Source: Rotaria socialis
Taxonomy: Eukaryota
Assembly: GCA_905331295.1 (NCBI GenBank)
Contig: CAJNYD010000333.1
Coordinates: 62,001 to 126,000 of the forward strand
Direction of reading: 5' to 3'
Length of the DNA: 64,000 nucleotides
In this document: piece by piece, positions 1-13,300 of the stretch
Position numbering within the stretch: the stretch's first letter is position 1
How the letters are laid out: each line of letters opens with the position of its first letter
Notes under the pieces: generated by a model
Database searches by the model: none
The model's input: only the letters and a program-made list of their open reading frames with translations
What the model was told of the DNA's origin: nothing
Made by a program: the position numbers and the translations under genes

Positions 1-584
1 AGATAATCGATAAATATGAGAATATAAGCGGTTTTGTATAAATTTGCATGGCAATATTCCGGTAGCGAAGGATCGAAAAATTCTACACGTAATTTAACTT
101 CAAATATTAACACTTGACCAACAAAAAACCAAATGATTATAAATAAAAGAATGAGTATAAACGCTGGTATTAGAACACGAATTATTAATGGATATAACTG
201 ATAATTATCATAGGGTGATAATGCTAGTGATTGTTTACGACTTTGTATATGAATAATCATACCAATAACTGCTAATGAAATACCAAAAAAGCCACTAACC
301 ACCATCCAAACAACAATCATTTGTTGTACAGGACATTGACCGACGTATATGAAGCCAACAACTAGTTGTGTTATTGGTATGATAATATAAATAACAAGTG
401 AAATTGGAAAATACATCGAAGTAAAAAAGCCATTTGGACGCGGAGGGGCAGCCGAAACAGTATTTTCCGGTAGTTTTAATTTTGTGGGTATTAAAGAATT
501 ACAATCGGATTTTAATGGAATGAGATAATCAGTATTTTGATCAGTCGAATGTTGATATGTAACTTTTCTGCTTTTAGATGGCAT
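1..584 (-). CDS. TMEM272-like 4-TM membrane protein (3' end runs off the window)
   Basis: Open frame read by hand from ATG at 584: MPSKSRK...IIIPITQLVVGFIYVGQCPVQQMIVVWMVVSG...WFFVGQVLIF...EYCHANLYKTAY. The G-x-x-Y-x-x-x-CP and YC motifs and the hydrophobic segments match the TMEM272 family pattern. Confidence 0.7.
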   Translation of the reverse strand, partial: MPSKSRKVTYQHSTDQNTDYLIPLKSDCNSLIPTKLKLPENTVSAAPPRPNGFFTSMYFPISLVIYIIIPITQLVVGFIYVGQCPVQQMIVVWMVVSGFFGISLAVIGMIIHIQSRKQSLALSPYDNYQLYPLIIRVLIPAFILILLFIIIWFFVGQVLIFEVKLRVEFFDPSLPEYCHANLYKTAYILIFIDY

Positions 585-3019
585 GATGAATTACAAATCT
601 GAAAAGAAGAAAGAAAAAAATCTCCCTCATGAATAGATCTGTTTGATGCTAGCAAAAACAAGAGAATTGCATATGATTATGCACAACAAAGCGGAAATTC
701 TGTAATCTGATAAGTCGCTTCTCTTTACTAATTGATAGACAAAAAGAAATAATTCAATAAAAAGATTAAACATAGCTAGTTTATAATTTATCTGTTTGAA
801 TGAAAAAAATTAAATAGCCTGTTACCCATGCATCCGTATTTGACCGAATTGCTTTAGTAAAATAATCAATCAATAATATTATCGTTCGAAAATAACTTAT
901 AAGAAAAAACGATGTACGATAGCCGTTGATGATAAACAAGCAAACCACTCTACCGTCTTTTTTTAAATCACTAGCATCTCCTTCTTCTACTACACAATTC
1001 ATCAATATGCAACTACCTACTATCACCGATTGTCGACTAGTACAACCTTGAATTCGATGGATGTTCATTTCTTCTTTTCCTTTCTATTTCTCTTCTTCTT
1101 CCTCGTCTTCCGCTCTCTAGGACTTTTTCTGCTACAGGGCGTATTCTATTCTCACCTTTTAGTCGCTTAGGGTGTAGAAGAAAAGAAAAAAATGAAGTGT
1201 CACACGAAGAAGGAGTAAGAGCAGCTGCAAGAACAACGATACATGAAACAAAAACGTAAAATAGCAGAAAGAAATAAAAAACATGCGATCGGATTTTGCG
1301 TTGGGTATGTGTGCAATAAACTTTTGGTTAGATGAAGAACGCATTGGAAGACGAGATGAATGACAAGTGTAGACAAACGATCGAAAGAAATAGTAATTAT
1401 ATAGGTGTATGTAAGAGGGAGTATACTTGTTCGTTTCATTCTTACGTCAAACGAACGAAAATCCTCAACAAAATTAACCTTTTGTACTCGATAAGAGCAA
1501 CTCGCTGCTTGTGATTCCCTATGCCGATGAGAGTTTTTTTTAACCATTTCAAGGAAAAGATAGTAATAAGTTGTATGAAATTTATCATGCAAAACGTATA
1601 CATGACAAATTGTTTTTAATGAATACAAACGGTGTTTGAGGCTGTCACGTCACATGGTATGTTTGTCGTAAAGAAAAAATGCAGATCTTTATCAGTTGTG
1701 TCGTTCTATTTGGTTTGACAAATTGTTCAATTCAAAAGAATGAAGAAACTACAGTGCAACGGAATTAAGACATTCATAGGTCCCTAAAGTATAGAAGAAA
1801 ATTCCACATAGATTATTATGAATAGAACACTCTTTAAAAGTATTTCAGGCAATAGAGTTCTATTATAGAAGATAGTATTTTTAGAATATAAGCATCGGTT
1901 AGATTAAGAAAAACAACAAAAAAGCTTTTATGTTGATGGATTTCAATTGAAATGTACTGGCGAAGAAAACATTGTAAGCTTTTAGCTCATACAGATACGT
2001 TCGAAATGACAGCTTGAAAAGCAATTGCTTTGTTTTTCTGCTCGACGTATAGTCCATCATCTTCATTCTAAACTACTGCTACTATGGAATGATTGAGTTG
2101 ATTGGAATATCGTTATCATATAGTGTGCTTGAATTGAAGTGCTGATGATTTCGAACGAGTGCGAATAATTTCTTCGAAATTGTTTGGTTTTAAGCAGCCA
2201 TACGATTGCATGTTGATTACATTATGATATATGTCGTTCTTGAAAGCGTGTTATGCGATTAATCTTTATGAAAGAGAAACCCAAGTAATTGGTTGAAAGG
2301 ACTGTTAGGCCAGAATGACCTTCGTGTACAATCCCTATAGCCATTATTAACTATGAAAACATATCACAGTCATGAGAATGTATTCGAGTAGCACACCATC
2401 GTAAAATGTGACTTTGTTTAACAGCAATGTTTTACAACACTTCATCTTCTCAAGAAAATCAAATCGATGATGTAAAGGAATATATATGTAACTAGCCTAT
2501 TACGAAATAATGAAACCTTCATTTCTACTTACTTCTTTTTGATGTTCGTACGCATTTATTCAACTGACAGGCAAAGAATGAATTGACTTTCTGGCAGCTT
2601 GATGTTACTATCGCACCTACTCGATGGCTTTTAGTGGCGTAGAATTTGTAATGGCTTTTTCTAGAAGAGACACTCGTGATGAAAGAAGCCTTATATTTAT
2701 CATTCAACATTAGCTAGGTCGCATCTTATCGCCAGTTGAAATGTAAAAAATCTATTGAATGACTTAAGCAAGACCCGAACGCTGATTATCGATCCGGAAG
2801 TCATGTATGTTTTTGCATCGGTATAAATACTTACATAACGGAATCTTAGAATGTCTCAACGAGAAAAATACAGTTAAGAGTACTATGAATTACGTGTTCA
2901 CTAAATAGACTACTTCCTCTCTTCTATACAATAACATATATGCGCCGCGATTCCTATTGATATTCAAAGGTCAATTCTATAATTAAATTTTTTTTATGCA
3001 TCACTTCATCATGAACAAA

Positions 3020-3725
3020 TTACTTCGATTCTTTTTCATTAATAAAAAAGGCGCAAATGGCACTTAGAAGTGAGAATATTGAACCAACTAAAGCACACAG
3101 CGCAGCACCACCAATGGCATCTCTTTCGAATTGCATTACCCAACTAAGTCCAGATAGAAAACCAGTCATGCCAAATATGAAAGAACTAAACAAAACAATA
3201 TCTTCGTTTGGTGAATTTAAAAAGCAACGAACTAACAGGCATGCAAAGCTAAATCCAACCATGTACAGAATATATTTGTACATATTCTTAGCGTTAGACA
3301 GAATACAAAGACATATTGCTCCAATACCCGATGTAATGCAAGTGACGATCATAAAAATTCTGAAAATACATTTTTATATTCATTCAATCAAGCTGTTCCT
3401 ATGTTCGTATTACCGCGCAACAACGAGTTTCATGCATGATATTCTCTCTTTTGCACATATTATCCTAACATTTACTAATCTTCCATTATAAACTACACTT
3501 CTATACCATAGACCACTATAAACAGAAGCAATTTTTCTATATTGAAATGGAAAAGTACTCCAACGAATGTATATATGACTTATCATGAATAATATACAGC
3601 CGAGGATCAATAAAATACCAGCTCTAAAATAATTTCAAAAGTGCCTATTAGAAGTACACTTGCATTACTTACATCCACGAAAAGTAGAATCTTGACGAAT
3701 GCACTTGTCTATTATATGACTTCAT
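3020..3725 (-). CDS. Claudin/PMP22-like tetraspan membrane protein, about 4 exons
   Basis: Spliced reading MKSYNRQ...WIAGILLILGCILF...W...SGLWYRS...C-x6-C...VAR|IFMIVTC with four hydrophobic segments; short GT-AG introns; W-GLW-C-C claudin signature. Confidence 0.65.
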
Positions 3726-4349
3726 TCGATTTGATATAACAAAACTCGATAAATTATCGGAAAAAAATATATATTCAAATAATGTAAAAATTGATTTTTT
3801 TTGTAACTAAGGGGATTATACAGGACATTTTTTCCGGTAATTATGCAAATTTTCATTATAACATACATGAAATAGATTGCGCACAGAGAGAAAAATAATC
3901 AGAGTTCCATTCAGTCTATCTCATAACATAATTGCGGTTAGCGGTTAGTAATGTGTTGATCTTGCGACATTTCATTCTTACTATATTAAATGCAAGATCG
4001 TCGATTCGCTTCTGTAATAAAAACAATTTTAGCGTGCCACAAAAGATAGTCCACAGAATCGACTGATATATAAAACAACACGACCTCTATCAGAATTAAT
4101 AAGAATATTCCTTCTTAATCTGTCAATTCAATTAGCATTTATATATATATCTTCAACTAAATATAGAATGATGTATTTGACGTTGTTTTTTGCGGTACAC
4201 GATTTTTTGCATTACAATCATTAATTGACAGCGTGAACTTTTCAAATCATAAAAAATAGCTACGCTTGTCTTCTTTTTGCTTTGTGTATTTATGCTGAAA
4301 TTAATAATCTAAGCATAGAAAATTCTATCAAAATTCCTGTTGGCTATAA

Positions 4350-4369
4350 ACACACACACACACACACAC
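4350..4369. repeat. (AC)n microsatellite
   Basis: acacacacac run. Confidence 0.9.
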
Positions 4370-6160
4370 AAGTCAAGTCGTGTAACTCTATAGATATCAT
4401 TATTTTCAAGCTATTCATTGCACTTCTGATTTTGACAACAGAAATTGTAATGGCATGAATTAATACTACATCAATATCGATCAAATTCACCAATGCAATA
4501 TTGATCTTTACTATAATCGAAATGTTTTTGTAGACGAATCTACAGAAAACGAGTAAACCTGACATTAAGTAACGAGAATCGCGTTCACTGTCGGTAAGTT
4601 CCCATGAGAATTACTCTTAATCAGATTTTTTTGCTGATGAATAAAAATGATTTCACTTGAGATTTGTTTATTCACTACAACTTTTAGTATGTAAAGTGAT
4701 CCAAAAGATAATTACGGTTATGAAATCGTTCCGAATCGTACGAGGAATTATTCGTCTCAATCAAATAGTGTTAATATATAAGTAAATCTTATCAAACCGA
4801 TTATTCAAGAATTCCTCCACGTAATAACATTGCAACAAAGATGTGTGCCTGCATAGGTGAAGTAGGCTTGCATTGCCGCATGGGTCTTGTCAACACGTCC
4901 AAGATGACAGTTATTTTTCATGAATATTTGCTTGACTCTTTCTTGATGAATGTGCCAATAGTTAACGCCAATTCATCGAATACAGACGTTCTTAAAAGTA
5001 ATTGTCTCGAATATGGTAATCTATTCTATTCAAAATACTACAATCGACTTGATAAAAAGATGCGAAAGAATTGTAGTCTTAACAAAATAATATCTCTAAA
5101 AACTGTTGTTGACGCGCAATCAAAGTAATTCTCTGAGTAGAAAAATATTTCGGATAATTAAATTTTTTTTATTAATAAAAAATTATTCAATGCAAAAAAA
5201 GAAGATTTGTATCACGTTGATTTGTTTTCATTGAATTGTAGTAGTTACGCAATCCATCTGGTGCATACAGACCTGTTTTGCTTTGACATGCGACATAATT
5301 ATCGTAGTTGATAAAATCGCCTTTTCATCATCAGATTAGATTATTTTCCCTCGTCATCTTTGATTTCGAATGATTAATGTTAATCGCTTCCTATTTTAAG
5401 TATAGTCGAAGTGGTAAAATTATCTGTCATTATGTGTTGATACTATCAATTTCTTTGCATAGGTGTTTCATCATGTAAGAGAAGAAAGTAAAAGGCGACT
5501 ATAAATATCAATACTCTTAAAGAAAAAAAAACGAGAAGACAAAATGTGGAGACAAACAATATAAAATGAAACATTCTACAAGTGCAAATAATGAAGTCTT
5601 TCACTATAGTTGAGTGATCGTTAGAATTTCATTTTGGAAAATAATCCAAGGCAAGTTTTTTGATTAAATTAACAATTAAATCGACGAAGACTTTTAATTT
5701 TCTTCATTTTTTATTTTAAGAAATGCCTTTCAGTGAACCATAAATATGGAGATTTATGGCAGTTAATCGTATTCGCATAACAATAATGTGCTAATAATAA
5801 AAAAAAATAGCACGTCACATAAAAAGTGACACATATATCATATTCACATTATAATCTGTAAAACCAAAAGATGTCTCTAATAAACATCGATTGGAATGGA
5901 AACAGAATCTAAACTAATATTCAAACAATTTTCTTTGATATTCTTGATCAACAGTTATGATTGATTCAATAAACAAAAAGGATATGATTTTAAGATTTTT
6001 GCAGTGATAATGAAAAATCAATGTTTGTCTACAAAGAACTGATTAATGCTCTCAAATTTTGCCTTGTAAGAGAACGGAACCAATGAGTAACGAGCAAGCC
6101 ACGTCGAGCAGCGTCTGCTATTGTGTATTTGTGCTGACATAAAAGAAAAAACGAAAAAAA

Positions 6161-7276
6161 ATGATGCAGGTTGGGGAAATATTTCTACCCGAAGACAAAG
6201 ACTTTCGTCAGTTCAAACTTGACTGCACAACTGATCAAGGGTGGACTGTATGTTATGACAAATCATCATGCCGTGTATCAACTAAGACCAATTCTCTATC
6301 GCCATTCAATGTCCTACGTGTAAACATACTTTTTTTTACTAATAACCAAGTATATACAAACAATTTCAGGTTCAATCAGAATTCAGTGGCATATCAGCAG
6401 AATTACTTTATGATGTTATACACGATAGTGCATTTCGTTCCACATGGGACACAGCTATGTTAGAAGGTTATGAAATCTGTTCTGTCCTGCCGAACAGTGA
6501 TATAGGTTATTACTCAAGTAAGAAAAAATTTGAATAATTTTTACTGTAAAGCTATTGTTTCCGTTTCGTTTCGTAGTTAGAAGTCCAACACCATTTAAAA
6601 ACCGTGACTTTGTAACACAACGTTACTGGCTTGATTTCGGACGTAATAGTGAAAAATATATTATTAATCATTCTGTCAATCATCTTGTATGTTTCGTTTT
6701 TGCATTAAGTCAACGTTTACTGCTAATTGTTGTTGTTGTATCTCTTTGTAGCGTGAGCAACCACGCAAAAATTTCGTTCGTGGAATATCTTATCTGACAG
6801 GCTATTTAATTGTACCATCAGGGCCTTCATCATGTACATTTTATTACATGACACAATCAGATCCTGGAGGTTGGTTTACATGCAAAATAATTCTTATTTT
6901 AATAAGATCTATCCTTTTCTGCTTTTTCTCTAGGTAGTTTACCGTCCTGGTTTGTTAATAAGCTTTCGAAAGTACTTGCGCCAAAGGTGCGATTTTCTTT
7001 TTTTTTTGAAATATTAAAACGAAAACAAACATGTCTCTTGTTTAGTTAATGAAGAGATTAGGTAAAGCTTGTACAAAATATGATAATTGGAAAGCCAAAA
7101 ATCAACCTTCACATAAACCATGGCTATATCCCGAACAGATGACCATAGCTCGTTATATTCCAAGTGAAATAGGAATATTTGACGTCAATGAAACGTTAAC
7201 AGCCTCAGCTAACACAGGTGAAGCAACTGTAGGAGAAAATACAGTCGAAATAGATAATTTTGTGAAAGAAGATTAA
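6161..7276 (+). CDS. STARD10: START-domain lipid transfer protein (STARD10/PCTP-like), about 6 exons
   Basis: Exon ORFs 6161-, 6555- and 7049- contain PFKNRDFVTQRYW, YIINHSVNH, TQSDPGG(S)LPSW and WKAKNQPSHKPWLYPEQ, typical of STARD10. Confidence 0.88.
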
Positions 7277-7798
7277 ACACGATCCTGTGATACAACATAT
7301 ACAAAGGTGGTGGATTCTTCTATATTATAGTGTGAAATACTTCTTTGACAACATTATTATCGCTGATCAATTCTTTTTTTTCCATAAATCAATTTTATTC
7401 CATTACCGTGGATATGCGTTAACATCTTGGTTTTGTTTTGTTTTGTTTTTTCTTTTCCTTTTTTTCCTTTTTCTCTTATTATTGTCAACTATCGAATGTT
7501 ATGCGCCATAATGCCTGTATTGTGTGGCTGTTTGGAAGAGAAGCGACTAAATAAACTCGTCAATAAAAAGCAAAAAGAGAACGACGATGCCGTTGATGAA
7601 AAAAAAGAAGAAAAAAAATTTACTATTCGGTGACATTGAAATTGCAAAAAAAAGGAGTCGTAAGAAGTGCCGTATCGCAATAACAAGAACGTTAAAGGCT
7701 TCATGAATCATATACGGCTAGTTTTGTATAAAAAACTTCAAATCAAATAAGTAAGATTGAAATTAAATCAAAATCAATATTCCAAAACTAATTTCATT

Positions 7799-8393
7799 AT
7801 GTCGTGGCGACAAATATTTATTGGCTTTCTTATATTTGCAACTCTTGCGATACCTATTGTCCAATTATCTTTCGGCTTCCATTACATAGGGAAAACGACC
7901 GGCTGTCCCATAATGAATGACATTATGTTATTGATGGCTATTGGTGGCGTATTTGAAGTGATATTTTTCGCTGCAAGTTTCGGATTTGTCTATGCTATCA
8001 CGCCAGCGAAGTACAAAAAGAAAAAAGAAAAAGCAACACCAAAACCAAATACGCAAGAAAGTAACCGCGCGTCTATGGTTCTTGTTGGTAAGGTCATCGC
8101 AGCTTTTTCGATTTTTGGATTAGCTAATGTTTTTTGTTTGCTATCAATTGTCTTTAGGTTGTATAACAGGTATATTAGGGGCATGTGCTGTTATATTTTT
8201 TGTACTTATACAATTACGAGTGTATGGAAATTTTAACAAAGTTGATGTAACGAATTCTTCATCGTCCAATTATTGTCTATTTACAATATTCTCCAGTGCT
8301 TTCGGTCTGATGATTGCAACTTATGTTGCTTTTATATTCCTCATCATTGTTAGTATAATTTTGTTATGCGGAATTTGTGCTCCAGTAAAATGA
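7799..8393 (+). CDS. TMEM272-like membrane protein, 2 exons
   Basis: IPIVQLSFGFHYIGKTTGCPIM...AIGG in exon 1; VYGN...NYCLFTIFSSAF in exon 2; same motif layout as the gene at 1-584. Confidence 0.65.
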
Positions 8394-10438
8394 AGAAAAC
8401 CATTTGCTACATAAAAGGTGATTTTTTAATTCTCGATAATTTTTATGAAATCTTCTATATTTGTAAGTTCTTCTGAAATTTGTTTTTTGTTCTAATTTAT
8501 GTAAAAATTATGAAGTAATGTTCGATTTGTTTTTGTCTGTTATGAATAAAATCTTAAATTTATATTTTTATAAACATCAAGAATAAAACTATACTAAAAA
8601 GTTTCTAGCCACTGAATTATGAAATTTAGGAATGTCATTCTTTTTTCTTTAATTTCTTTGGCTTGTAGGTAAAGCATTTGTTGAATAAATTTGAACAGAG
8701 AAGTTTTCGTTCTTTTTATCTTTTAACAGATGCCTCTTTCTCTTTAGATAAGGAGAATCGAATCAATCATCGGTCTATATTTGTATACCTACAAATATAA
8801 ATTACAAAATTTGAATTTCGCTTACAAATAGATCGATTCAAAGATACAAAAAGAAGACGCCTTTCATGTACAAGACAAAACCTTACAAAATCGGTGTCTA
8901 CCGTTATTTCCATCAGATTTAGATTCACGTTTTTTAATGAAATGATTTACACGCGGTACAGAGATACAATCAATAAGAATGTTTTATCATTGCAACGGAA
9001 ATATAAGATATTTATTTTTTCAAACTGAAAGAGAATCAAATTTTCATTGATTTTTTTATGGGCTTAAAGATACCGGAAGGCTTTTTGTATTCTTTTTTAA
9101 AACGACGCCTGAAATCTGTGCTAAAGATCATTTTAAACTTAATATGTTAGTCGAATTTCCATTTATCTATCGAAACAAAAAGAATTATAAAATCCATTTC
9201 ATCATTCACAAATCATTACTTTGAGATTCTTCATTGTTAAATCATATTGTAGAGGACGACCTCGCCGGTAACTCTATACAAATAGAAAAAGGTCGCTAAT
9301 ATAATGTGTGTATAGTGAAGAAAATCATTGCTGAAAGAAAAGTCAATTTCCTTCGTTCGATTTTGATACTCTCGCATGTCAAAGCTCAAATTGCAAAAAT
9401 CCATCAGGAATTTCTAAGCTAACAAAAAAATGTTCATCTAAATTTGACTTTCTTTGGCCTTTCGTGAGACGATAAAAATTAGTCAACATATATTGGAAAA
9501 TCATTTTCGATAAATCCTACGATATTAAATTCAAAACAAAAAGCCACTCTGCTAGCACACAAGTCTGTGCCTGCTTGAAAACAAGAAAATATTTGAACAT
9601 AGTAATAAGCTATAAATCTTATCGATGATTGGCAAAAGGATGTATTATTAAAAACAAAACAAAATAAGCAACACCTTATAGTTCAGTATTCAAAAGGGAA
9701 AAAAATAAAATTTCCACAATATAACAAAAATGATTTAACAAAACACGGTGAAAACTCTTCTGAAAGAAATGGAAAATTTTCCACTTTTTTATAATCAAAA
9801 TATCCTTTAACAAATCAAGAGTATGTCATATTGAAAGTGAAAGTAGTACACAATAAGTTCTAATGCATAGTCTATAGAAGAAAGAAAACTGATTACTCTT
9901 GTTGGCAACGACTCCTATTTTGCTTTTTTTTGTTAAAATAAACATTCAGCCATGAGTATGTATGCATACACTTATTGAATTCCTATCTGATATCGATAGA
10001 AGCTCGTGACTCTATCAATTATTGTTCATTTATCGTCAACAGAAACCGAACAAGTTTCTTCGTTCTCTTGCTAGTTAGATAGCTTAATTGTTGGCTGGTA
10101 GTAAAGAGAGAGAGAGAGAGAGCGAAAAGAATTTGAAGCCATTCAAAAAGAATAATTGTAGTAAACATTGAAATGCCGTTCCATTATATTTATGTCGTTG
10201 ATAAGGGCAGGCAAACGTATGTGGACAATAAACGAACGATTTTTAGTTTAAGAGGAAAAGAGAAAGAAATAAGTCATAGAATAAGGCATTCAACTGATTC
10301 TTTCAAATTTCAAGTGAAAAAGAGTACGAGAGAGAGAGAGAGAGAGAAAAAGAGATTCGTTTAGAGTATAAAATATTGAAGGCCTCAACGTGAACAATCA
10401 CAACATCAACTAGCAAGTGCTGAGAGTTTATTTCCGCC

Positions 10439-13103
10439 ATGACAACAAACTATCGCTCTCGAGGTATACATTTATGCTTTTCTGGATGAAAACTATAACG
10501 TTGTTCTCATTATTTATTCCCAAGCTATCATGAAATAAACATAGTCGGAAGAGTTAAACAGAGACTATAAATTTATGTATTTTTCTCTGATTTTTAATCA
10601 AAAAAAAAACATAAGATTTTTTATTCGATCTTTAGAACCGATTCGGCATCAACGTTCTCCAGATACGGCCTTTGCAAATTCTCATCGTTCCACTGATCAA
10701 CAAGTTAAAAGTCGCCAAAAAGTCGCTCAAGTGTACGTCAATACCAACAAAACTATTTATTCTGAATAGGTATTTGATGGTTTTTCTCCTAGAAGTGTTG
10801 TTGTTACGCAGCCCGGGAGAAGCGTTTGGGAGTTTGAACACCCATGGTCACATGCCCTTTGCTCATGTTGTACAGATGGAAAACAATGTAAGTACTATTA
10901 ATTACAATAGGAAAGCGATTGATTCCGACTGGTTTTGTTTTAGGCTGTTTTGCTTTCTTTTGTCCCTGTTGTTTTGAATATGCATTATATAAACGAGCCG
11001 GTGAAACTTGCTGGGCATGTTTGTGTCCTGGTGCAAGATATGCTCTTCGATCAAAAATTCGTACTGCATTTCGAATTGAGGTAATTATAGGTCTTTTTCA
11101 AATAAAACTGACCATAGTCGATCTCTTCACGTCGCGATGGAATTCGTTTGTTTAATTAGAGTTCAATTGATTGAGTATGAGAAATATCTCACTGATCAGT
11201 AATGATCATTCGTCACATAGAACTACGAGGAATAGTTTTCAATATGATGATCCTTTTTTACTTGAGTAGTCTTTTGTAGCTCGAAGTATAGTTGACCTAC
11301 TTTCATGAAAGTACACAAACCATAGACCCGCTGAAGACATAGCGCTCTATTGCTTCAGTGTAGATTCAAGGTGTTATTCTTTTGAAGCCCCCATAAATTA
11401 TTTTTACTCGATTAAGAATTAACAAGATGAGTATTCAGGTTTCTATGTAGAAAAAAACAATATTACTGTAAAATATTATTTACAGTTTCCTTTTATTTAG
11501 AGTCCTGCAGGTTAAGACTTTTTTGTACCCTAAAACTGTCCTATCGTAAAACTTCGTACCCTTGTCCTGCCCTGCCCTACCCTAGGGGCTTTGTACCCTT
11601 ACCCTACCCTATCACAGAGATTTTTCATTTTACACCCTATCATATCCTTAGAGTTTCAGGTCCAAGTAAAAATCAGTATGAAGTTTTTCTTCACTTTGTT
11701 TCAATATATTTTATTGATCTTCAACGAGAATCAAATACAAAATTAATAAATATTTCGAAAGTTTCTTAAAAATAAAATGTCATTTACAACATCACCACTT
11801 AAATTTTGCCTTCTCTCTTTCAAAACTCGCCCGTTTGTACTAACAATACGTTCATGTCGAGATGATTTCGAAGATATTTTTTATTACATTTACATGCACA
11901 TTTACTAGACAAATAATCAAAAGTGACTGAACTCGTCAGCTTATGCAAAAATAGTACTAAACAATAGGCCATTGTTTTCCGTTCGTTGTTATTCTACCCA
12001 TTCGATTTAGATTATGATATCACTCTTTACACTGTTTTTGATCAAAAACATGTCAGAAATATATATTAAGTTCCCCTCTATAAAATTTTTATTTGTATGA
12101 GCTACACCCTACTTATACCCTAAATATCTTTTTTTGTAACCTTACCCTGCCCTGCCCTACGAGTTTTGTACCCTAGCCCTACCTTACAGGGCAAGGTTGA
12201 CCTGCAGGACTCTACTTTTATTTTTCGTAGTTATTAAGGAATTATCCGAAGATTGAAAATAGACATTTGCACTAGGCTTTGTCTTATATCACGTCTCATT
12301 CATATTTTTGAATAGTTTAAAAAAACAACAATTCGTATTTGTTGTCGAAAGATAAGAGAGCAAACTATGCGATGATCTTGAAATATTCATTCTATCACGT
12401 ATTCATTCGTATGAAAAATTGACATCTATTTCTTTTCTCCGTTTTGTTACAACATATATCCTATAAATCAGATAAGAATATGTTGTTGAAATGAAAATCT
12501 GAGCCTCTAAAATCATTTTATTTTTACCAAGAACTGATCTGATTAGTTGTGAACATCATTAGATCTAACCTTAGGCCAAAGATAATTTTTCGCCAATAAT
12601 TGTTCGCTTGGGGAGAACTCATTATCTTACAGACAACTACTATTTTCCTCATGTGAAATACGATATCAATTGAGTTAGGCTCGATGGAATACGCTGGAGA
12701 TTAGCAGCTAGAATAAGACAAGAAATGCTAATCGTATCTTCGAATATATATATATATTCGCAAGCAATTTTGCGTTGAATATTAAAAAATTTGAGATAAA
12801 ATATATATGAAAGATCTTGATGAATTTCAATCTTGACCTTTCAAATGTAATAGACTGAAAGGTTTGCATACTTATTGAAAATCAATGCATTTAATATTAG
12901 TAGATTCATATGTGATAAACTGACATTTCAAGAATAAAAGAAATTCACATAAATGGGAGATCGCACTGAAAAAAATTATAACAAAAAAATACTCTCAACT
13001 CTTTTTTCAGGGTAATTTAGTTAAAGACTGTTGTATTTCAACATGTTGCCCATGCTGTGCAGCCATTCAACTTAATCGCGAATTGGATTATCAAGGTCTT
13101 TGA
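10439..13103 (+). CDS. PLAC8/cornifelin-family Cys-rich protein, 5 exons, last intron about 1.9 kb
   Basis: WSHALCSCCTD...CCFAFFCPCC...ALRSKIRTAFRIE|GNLVKDCCISTCCPCCAAIQLNREL; the last exon (about 13011-13103) completes the PLAC8 motif. Confidence 0.9.
11498..12214. mobile_element. Non-autonomous hAT-type MITE in the PLAC8 intron
   Basis: Perfect 15-bp TIR tagagtcctgcaggt/acctgcaggactcta; identical 8-bp TSD cttttatt on both sides; subterminal (t/g)accct repeats. Confidence 0.9.
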
Positions 13104-13300
13104 AAATGCTTATTCACTATCGTATTTATTCAAATAAAAAACACACTCATTTATCGCATACATGTATCTTGTGTCATCAATTGACGAAAGAGAGAGAGAG
13201 AGAGAAAAAAAATACCACCTGACGCAGTACTGTTTTTCTGGTTTTATGTTACTGTACAGAATATAGAAAAATAAAATAGAGAAATTTGATTATTTTGAAC

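Noticed and set aside
781..2710. Several short ORFs in the first intergenic region
   Set aside because: No consistent splice structure or family motif; possibly decayed repeats.
3057..3491. 144-aa plus-strand ORF
   Set aside because: Antisense to the spliced claudin-like gene; no recognisable motifs.
4841..5480. 95-aa ORF and adjacent stop-interrupted frames
   Set aside because: No recognisable homology or exon structure; cannot support a gene or pseudogene call.
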